From an uncultured Acidobacteriota bacterium (GTDB lineage Bacteria; Acidobacteriota; UBA6911; RPQK01; JAPXNP01), in assembly GCA_963777605.1 (NCBI GenBank), contig CAVZRV010000010.1, forward strand, positions 512,001-576,000: 64,000 bases of DNA. The letters are read 5' to 3'. A program made the position numbers and the translations under genes. Position 1 is the stretch's first letter; every line of letters starts with the position of its first letter. Positions 57,979 through 64,000 of this stretch are shown in pieces. The notes under the pieces were generated by a model. That model saw only the letters and a list, made by a program, of their open reading frames with translations, was not told the DNA's origin and ran no database searches.

Positions 57979-58953
57979 ATGAAACCGGCAAAGATTCTCT
58001 CAATCGGCCCCTTACCGCAGAATGTCATCGAACGCTTCTCAGACCGCTGGGAGGTAGCCTGGGTTCCGGATTCATCCCGGGAGGAAGTCCTCGAAGCCGT
58101 CGGCCCGGACGTCGTCCTGATCATCGCCCGCGGATCGGTAATGCTCGATGGCGTCATCATGGACCGGGCTCCTAACCTGAAAGCGATTGCCCGAACCGGG
58201 GTCGGCTACGACACGGTTTCCATCGAAGACGCTACCGCCCGCAAATTGCCGGTTCTCTACACCCCGGGCGCCATGACCAAAGCGGTCGCCGAATTGGCCG
58301 TCGGCTTCATGATCGGAGCCTGCAAGCGGCTTACGTTCTGGCGAGAGGCGCTGGAGAAGGGAGACTGGGATTCGAGATACCGGACGATGAGCCGGGATCT
58401 ACAGGGAGCGACGCTGGGAATCATCGGCTACGGAAGGATCGGACGCCAGGTCCGGCGACTGGTTCGGCCGTTCGAAATGACGGTCCTGGCTAACGACCCC
58501 TACATCGACCATGACGCTTTGAGCGGTGAGGAGGTAGAGTTCGTCGATCTCGAAGAAATCCTCTCCCGATCATCGATTGTTACGCTTCACGTTCCTCTGA
58601 CCGAAGAGACCCGGGCCCTGATCAACCGGCGCAACATTTATCGCATTCAACCCCGAAGCATCCTGATCAACACGGCTCGCGGCTCGGTGATCGAAGACCT
58701 CGATCTTCTGGTTGACGAACTGGAGAGCGGGCGACTGGATACGGTCGCACTCGACGTGTTCCCGGACGAGCCACCCCCGGCCGGTCACCCGATCTTCAAA
58801 CACTCCCGCGCCCTGCTCACCGGGCACGTGGCGGCGCGGACTCCGCTGGCCCAGAAGGGAATCCTGGAAACCATGATTCACGACTCCCTCGCAGTCCTGG
58901 AGGGGAGAAAGCCCCGGCTCAAGAATGTCGTAAATCCGGAGGTATTCTGCTAA
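57979..58953 (+). CDS. D-isomer-specific 2-hydroxyacid dehydrogenase (SerA-like)
   Basis: ARTGVGYD, AVAE, GIIGYGRIG, LHVPLT, INTARG, LDVFPDEP, LTGH. Confidence 0.9.
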   Translation: MKPAKILSIGPLPQNVIERFSDRWEVAWVPDSSREEVLEAVGPDVVLIIARGSVMLDGVIMDRAPNLKAIARTGVGYDTVSIEDATARKLPVLYTPGAMTKAVAELAVGFMIGACKRLTFWREALEKGDWDSRYRTMSRDLQGATLGIIGYGRIGRQVRRLVRPFEMTVLANDPYIDHDALSGEEVEFVDLEEILSRSSIVTLHVPLTEETRALINRRNIYRIQPRSILINTARGSVIEDLDLLVDELESGRLDTVALDVFPDEPPPAGHPIFKHSRALLTGHVAARTPLAQKGILETMIHDSLAVLEGRKPRLKNVVNPEVFC

Positions 58954-59004
58954 CTGGCAGGATTGTCTGCGGTTCTTCCTGGCCTGAAACTTCATTTGGG
59001 ATGA

Positions 59005-59250
59005 GTTCCTGGTTCCTGGTTTCTCGTTCCTGGAGGGAGAGTAATCCAGGCAGCCGTGCCCTGGTATGGCGGCCGGGCAGCTTGCCCGGCGGAATTGAAC
59101 ATTCTCAATCCAGGATTCTTGATTTCCGGTTTGTTCTGAAACAGTCCGCCATCGGGGCTGAATCGCACTTTCAGTGCTGCATTGCCCTCTCGGCTCCCAT
59201 TCCCCGGGCGTTGCCGACAGGCTGAAAATGACCCTGCGCCGTTGGCGTGC
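59005..59250. repeat. Heptamer tandem repeat plus REP-like palindromes
   Basis: Four degenerate GTTCCTG units at 59005-59032; GCCGGGCA-GCT-TGCCCGGC; GCACTTTCAGTGC followed by CCCCGGGCGTTGCC..AGGCTG, similar in style to 22441-22640. Confidence 0.55.
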
Positions 59251-59401
59251 TCATCTGGCGATGCTCCACCAGTTTCACTCTTTGAATGGTCTCCGCGGCG
59301 CGGAGAGGGCAGGACTTGAAACTCCCGCCGTTGAGGACGAAACTGGTATTGCACAGCAACCTGAAACCGACACTGGAGTGAATCCGACGGGGGACCTGAC
59401 G

Positions 59402-60241
59402 ATGCCTGCGTTGAATGTTGAGAAAGTACTCTGTCCTGTTGATTTGAGTGAGATTTCCGGAGCGGTTCTGTCCTGGGCGGGCATGGTGTCGTGGTCCTTC
59501 AGAGCCAATCTGACCGTTTTTCACGCCGACTGGTTTGAACTGCCGCCCTACTTTACCCATTCGCAGATCGAGGAATTGAGCCGGCAGTCCGAGGCCGAGC
59601 GGCAGTTTCTGGTTGAATCCCTGCGTGCTCTGGTGAAGGAGAGAATCAGCCCGGAAGTGATGACATCGGTTGAGGTTGGCAAGGGACATGCCATCGAGTT
59701 GATCGACGAGATCCTGGTCCGGGACCAGCCCGACCTGGTGGTGCTGGGAAGCGAGGGCCGGACCGGAATTTCGCGCCTGATGATGGGCTCGGTGGCGGAA
59801 AACGTGGTCAGGTCGGCCCACTGCCCGGTTCTGGTTGTCCGTTCCATGAGTGTGCCCTCATCAGTGGAACGGGTCCTCGTCCCGGTTGACTTTGATGACC
59901 GGTCCAGGGAACTCGTGGAGATCGCCGCCGAGATTGCGGGGCGGTTCGGTGCCGAAATGATCGCTCTCCACGCTTCGGAGCAGGCGTCTTCGGAGTCAGA
60001 AGACCAGCTCTGCTCCTTTATTCCGGCTGCGAGCCGGGATCATTGCCGGGTGCGGGAACTGGTGCGGCAAGGGGATTTCGCAGAGCAGATCGTCCTTGCG
60101 GCGCGGGAGGAAGAAGTGGATCTCGTGATCGTTCCGGTTCGGCGGCAGACCTTTCTCGAGTTCACAACGATGGGTGGGGAGACGGAACGGGTGATCCGCC
60201 ACTGCAGCCGGTCGGTACTCACCGTCCCATTTCACGGGTAG
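59402..60241 (+). CDS. Tandem universal stress protein
   Basis: VLCPVDLS, DLVVLGSEGRTG...GSVAENVVRSAHCPVLVV; a second domain begins VLVPVDF. Confidence 0.9.
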   Translation: MPALNVEKVLCPVDLSEISGAVLSWAGMVSWSFRANLTVFHADWFELPPYFTHSQIEELSRQSEAERQFLVESLRALVKERISPEVMTSVEVGKGHAIELIDEILVRDQPDLVVLGSEGRTGISRLMMGSVAENVVRSAHCPVLVVRSMSVPSSVERVLVPVDFDDRSRELVEIAAEIAGRFGAEMIALHASEQASSESEDQLCSFIPAASRDHCRVRELVRQGDFAEQIVLAAREEEVDLVIVPVRRQTFLEFTTMGGETERVIRHCSRSVLTVPFHG

Positions 60242-60259
60242 GGATGTGAAGGTTCAGGC

Positions 60260-61429
60260 TCAGGACGCCAGGGCCTGCTCGAGATCGGCGATCAGGTCGT
60301 CGGGGTCTTCGATTCCGAGGGCGAGCCGGATCAGGTTGTCCCGGATCCCGAGGGCCTCCCTCCGATCCGGTTCCAGTTCCCAGAAGCTCATAAGGGCGAC
60401 ATGATCGACCAGCGTCTCGACCCCGCCGAGGCTCGGTGCCAGCCGGGGGATTCGGAGGCGATCCACAAACCGGGTTGTCTTCTCAAAGTCGCCGTCGATC
60501 AGGAATGTGACGACGCCTCCGAAACCGGACATCAGCTCTGACGCCACCCCGTGGTCGGGGTGTGAAGGGAGTCCCGGGTAGAAGACCTGCAAGATGCGGG
60601 GATGGGATTCGAGAAACCGGGCCACCTTGAGTCCGTTTGTATTGTGCCTCTGAACCCTCAGGTCGAGTGTCTTCAGGCCGCGTTCGAGCAGAAAAGCCGT
60701 GTTCGGATCGCAGATCCCGCCCAGGGTCATCAGGAACTCCCGGACCGGGTCGATTAACTCGGCACGACCCGCGATCACACCCGCGATCAGGTCGTTGTGA
60801 CCGCCGAGATATTTGGTGGCCGAATGGGTGACGATATCGGCTCCAATCTCCAGCGGACGGAAGTTGACCGGGGTGGCAAAAGTGCTGTCTACGACGGTCA
60901 CTACACCACGGGCCCTGGCAACTTCCACCAGGCGTCGAACGTCGAGGACACGGAGATAAGGGTTAGTGGGTATCTCCGAAAAGATCAGCCGTGTTTCGGG
61001 ACGGATCACCGACTCGACCGCCGCCATCGAAGGCTCTACCAGGTCCAGTTCTATTCCGAACTTGCCCAGAAAGTAGCTGAAGTCCCGGGTGCGCCGGTAG
61101 GAGTCGCTCGTGAGGATGAGGCGATCTCCGGATTTGAGGTACCACAGAAAAAGAGTCGTGACTGCCGCCATTCCGCTGCCGAACAACTGTGCCGACTCGG
61201 CCCCTTCCAGGGCAGCGAGGCGGGCTTCCACGGCGTTCACGGTCGGGTTCCCCATTCGCCCGTACTCGGGTTGCCGCCGATCCGACCGCCCTTCCATGAA
61301 GGCCTTCAGTTCTCCCGTTGAGGAAAACGAAAAGGGGGCCGAGTGAACGATGGGAGGGGTCACGGATCCTTCGGTGTGGTCGCGCCGGGAGCCGGAGTGC
61401 ACGCAATCGGTCGAATTGATCTTTCCCAT
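60260..61429 (-). CDS. metB: Cystathionine gamma-synthase family PLP enzyme
   Basis: [55 protein letters not shown]. Confidence 0.85.
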   Translation of the reverse strand: MGKINSTDCVHSGSRRDHTEGSVTPPIVHSAPFSFSSTGELKAFMEGRSDRRQPEYGRMGNPTVNAVEARLAALEGAESAQLFGSGMAAVTTLFLWYLKSGDRLILTSDSYRRTRDFSYFLGKFGIELDLVEPSMAAVESVIRPETRLIFSEIPTNPYLRVLDVRRLVEVARARGVVTVVDSTFATPVNFRPLEIGADIVTHSATKYLGGHNDLIAGVIAGRAELIDPVREFLMTLGGICDPNTAFLLERGLKTLDLRVQRHNTNGLKVARFLESHPRILQVFYPGLPSHPDHGVASELMSGFGGVVTFLIDGDFEKTTRFVDRLRIPRLAPSLGGVETLVDHVALMSFWELEPDRREALGIRDNLIRLALGIEDPDDLIADLEQALAS

Positions 61430-61499
61430 GGAAGCACTAATGATAGCAGGAGTCGCGTTGGGCCTGCGTTTCACCACCCTTGATGAGCGCCCCTCAGGT

Positions 61500-62510
61500 T
61501 TAACCTTTTGCCGACCTGGATGCGGCGGCCAGGATCTCGGTTGGGGTGGCGGTGCCGGTCATGCCGATCTTCTGCACAGTCACGGACGCGGCCAGCACCG
61601 CAAGTTGGGCGGCGTCACGTGGATTGGCTCCTGCCGCGAAGGCGGACCCGAGGGACGCACTGACGGTGTCGCCGGCTCCCACCGTGTCGATCGGCCCGCG
61701 AACCGGAATCGCACCGACACGGCACGGGCTGGTCCCGTCGTAGAAGTGGATTCCTTCGGCTCCCGCGGTCAGGAAGACGGTCCGGCCGGTCTTTCCGTAC
61801 AAGAGTTTCAGTAAATCCGGAAGCGTATCAGTGCCGGGAAAGAGGGCCCGGGCTTCCGCCAGGTTCGGTTTGATCATGACGTTGCGAAACCGTCCAATAT
61901 AGTTCCGGGAATCGGCAAGAACTGAAATCTGGCTGCTGGTTGCGCCCAATTCACTCAGGTGATTCCGAACCGCTTCCGTCAAGACTCCGCAATTCTCCTC
62001 CTGGACCTGGTCAAGGGCGATGACCGAGCCTCCGTCTTTGACGGCCTGGTCGAGGGCGGTCATGATCGCACGCTCCAACAACTGGTCGGTCGGGACCCGG
62101 TTCTTGATATCGAAGCGTTCTCCTTCCACTCCGGGACCTTCTCCGTCACGGAACATCGGCTTCGTGTAGACCGGAGTGAGCCGGTCGGATGCCGTCAAGA
62201 GGCCGGTGGTGTCTACACCCATCGATTTCAGGGCGCGCCTCAGCTCGAAGCCGGCGCCGTCGTCGCCGGTAAACCCGATTGCGCGAATCCGGCCAACCCC
62301 GAGAGCGACCAGGTTGTTGACCACGGTGCCGGCTGCCCCTGGGAAGGCCCGAACGGCGGAAACCTGGTTCGACCGGAGCCCGGTTTCGATCGACAATTCG
62401 GCGAGGCCGTTTTCAACCGTCCAGTACTGGTCGAGGAAGAAATCTCCGATGACCGTGACCGTGGCCTGGCCGAGTTGCCGGATTATGGCGTCGATTCGGT
62501 CGACATGCAT
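61500..62510 (-). CDS. PfkB-family sugar kinase, HldE/RfaE kinase-domain-like
   Basis: VIGDFFLDQY, PGAAGTVVNN, KPNLAEA, IDTVGAGD, VQKIGMTGTA. Confidence 0.85.
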   Translation of the reverse strand: MHVDRIDAIIRQLGQATVTVIGDFFLDQYWTVENGLAELSIETGLRSNQVSAVRAFPGAAGTVVNNLVALGVGRIRAIGFTGDDGAGFELRRALKSMGVDTTGLLTASDRLTPVYTKPMFRDGEGPGVEGERFDIKNRVPTDQLLERAIMTALDQAVKDGGSVIALDQVQEENCGVLTEAVRNHLSELGATSSQISVLADSRNYIGRFRNVMIKPNLAEARALFPGTDTLPDLLKLLYGKTGRTVFLTAGAEGIHFYDGTSPCRVGAIPVRGPIDTVGAGDTVSASLGSAFAAGANPRDAAQLAVLAASVTVQKIGMTGTATPTEILAAASRSAKG

Positions 62511-62515
62511 GATTT

Positions 62516-63490
62516 TCAGCCACCTGCCGAAAGCCGGTTAACCCATCGATAGAGGCCGGGAAAGGTCTCCCGGTGCTCGCCGCGGACGTAGTAACTCTCT
62601 CCTCCGTCCCGAACGGTGCGCACCAGCAGTGTCTTGAAGGGGCGAAAATAGTAGCGAGGATCGCCTCGCGGAGGTTCAGAGTCGAGATCATTGCCGAGTT
62701 CCACCAGGTCGAATACGGCCGTTGTGAAATGGCGGATCTGCCGACCCTCCTGGCGGGCGACGTTGCGGGCCATGGAGAGGGCCTTGAGAAACACTTCCGG
62801 ACCCATGACGGCAGTGCCGAAATTGAGCAGGACCCCACCCTCCATCGATGTAACCGACTGAGCGAAGACCAGGAAATCATGGTAGGACGCTCGCCCGACC
62901 GCACCCCCATCGCAGTCGGGATGCTCATGGATGATGTCGTAGCCGATGCCGATGTGCGCGGTGGCCGGGACCCCGAGGCGGTAGGCGCCTGCCAGGACAC
63001 TGATGTCCCGGTTCGGAAAATCGCCTTCCTGGATCGCCTTCCCGATTGTCTCCCCGAAGCCCGCATGTTCCGCTGCGGCCTCAACGGCGATCCGGTTCAA
63101 TCGGCCGGTTTCCTTCCAGAGGCCAAACTGACCCACCTGAATGTAATCGGCAACACTCTCGGTGGTCGCGCCAATCAGGGCCATCTCGAAATCGTGAATG
63201 GGCCCGGCGCCGTTCATCGCAACGTGAGTGATCCAGCCATTCTCCATCATTCGAATCAGGTATCGGGCGACCCCGGCGCGCAGCAAGTGAGCCCCCATCA
63301 TCAGAATCACGGCTGAACCCCGTTCTCGGGCTGCCAGAATCGACCGGGCAATCCGGCGAAGGGTATCGTCTTCGGGAACGGGCCGGTCTTCCAGATCCAT
63401 CACCGTGTCGAGGCCCAGCAGGTTTCTCCGTTCGGACAGAGGCAGCAACTCGAGCCGGGTGCGATCGAACGTTGGATAACGGCTTGGCAT
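62516..63490 (-). CDS. Deoxyhypusine-synthase-like (GSU2086-type) uncharacterised protein
   Basis: MMGAHLLRAG, AMNGAGPIHDFE, TTESVA...GQFG.W.ETG, HIGIGYDIIHEHP, GTAVMGPEVFLKALSMARN, YYVRGEH. Confidence 0.7.
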   Translation of the reverse strand: MPSRYPTFDRTRLELLPLSERRNLLGLDTVMDLEDRPVPEDDTLRRIARSILAARERGSAVILMMGAHLLRAGVARYLIRMMENGWITHVAMNGAGPIHDFEMALIGATTESVADYIQVGQFGLWKETGRLNRIAVEAAAEHAGFGETIGKAIQEGDFPNRDISVLAGAYRLGVPATAHIGIGYDIIHEHPDCDGGAVGRASYHDFLVFAQSVTSMEGGVLLNFGTAVMGPEVFLKALSMARNVARQEGRQIRHFTTAVFDLVELGNDLDSEPPRGDPRYYFRPFKTLLVRTVRDGGESYYVRGEHRETFPGLYRWVNRLSAGG

Positions 63491-63492
63491 GG

Positions 63493-64000
63493 CTACATCC
63501 TCAATTCTGCAAGGATCGAATCGATTTCCCGGAAGTCGGCCACGATCAGGTCGGCACCCGCTTCGGTCAGGCGCCGCTTCTTCCATTCGTCATAGCCCGC
63601 CCTGTTCTTCTCGTCACTGGCAACCCCGACGGCAGTCCCGCCTACCTTCTTGGTCTCCTCGATTTCAACGTAACCGTCCCCGAAAGCAACCAGTTCATGG
63701 CCTCCCAGGCTTTCTTCCGTCAGCAGCCGGTCGATGATTTGTCGCTTGGAAAAGGCGTGGTAATCGTCCAGGGCCCCAAAAACTCGATCGCCGAAATAGG
63801 TCTCGAGTCCAAGGAGGCGGACTTCTTTGCGGACAAACTCCAGATCGGTGCCGCTGGCCAGGTAGAGATCGACGTCGCGGTGCCGCAGTGCCTCCAGGAT
63901 CTGGTACGATCCGGAAACGAGCCAATCCTCCGGCCCGCAGCGGCCCGTTTCCAGGCCCTCCAAGCGATCCCGGATCACCATCCAGAGTCGGTCATGGTAT
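63493..64000 (-). CDS. HAD-family hydrolase, 5' end outside the window
   Basis: LYLASGTD, FSK, FGDGYVEIEE, AVGVASDE, AGADLIV. Confidence 0.8.
   Translation of the reverse strand, partial: YHDRLWMVIRDRLEGLETGRCGPEDWLVSGSYQILEALRHRDVDLYLASGTDLEFVRKEVRLLGLETYFGDRVFGALDDYHAFSKRQIIDRLLTEESLGGHELVAFGDGYVEIEETKKVGGTAVGVASDEKNRAGYDEWKKRRLTEAGADLIVADFREIDSILAELRM

Noticed and set aside
1-64000. CRISPR array, rRNA, intact IS or prophage
   Set aside because: No regularly spaced repeats, rRNA signatures, transposase or phage structural genes were recognised.

Overview
A GC-rich, gene-dense bacterial chromosomal segment with about 55 CDS and one tRNA-Glu(TTC). I see no CRISPR array, rRNA, integrase or intact IS. 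The gene repertoire suggests an anaerobic or facultative Acidobacteriota-like organism, probably a long-read MAG; this is inference. The most notable locus is an apparently exported AmmeMemoRadiSam operon (4967-9955). Its radical SAM AmrS has a perfect Tat motif (TRREFL) and an inserted CxxCH heme-c-type motif, its AmrB-AmrA fusion has a Sec signal, and it ends in a polytopic membrane protein with a spermidine-synthase-like SAM-binding domain. A second, signal-less AmrB-AmrA paralog lies at 22838-24280. Divergent from the first amr operon is a five-gene peptide-ligase operon (C39-like peptidase, RLAN-RimK ATP-grasp, GCS2 ligase, N-formylglutamate amidohydrolase, membrane protein). The ORF track truncates a PrdB/GrdB-like selenoprotein (UxxC, in-frame UGA at 53752 with a SECIS-like hairpin), which lies near fhs and a stand-alone MetH reactivation domain. 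The window also holds an ECF sigma/Ser-Thr kinase-WD40 pair, uxaC-uxaE, lepA and hemW, an IYD-like nitroreductase operon and an uncharacterised HAD/DHS-like/HldE-like cluster. Six single-base frameshifts are probably mostly sequencing errors. Several gene remnants and REP-like palindromic elements are present. All product calls rest on motif recognition by eye, not on database searches.
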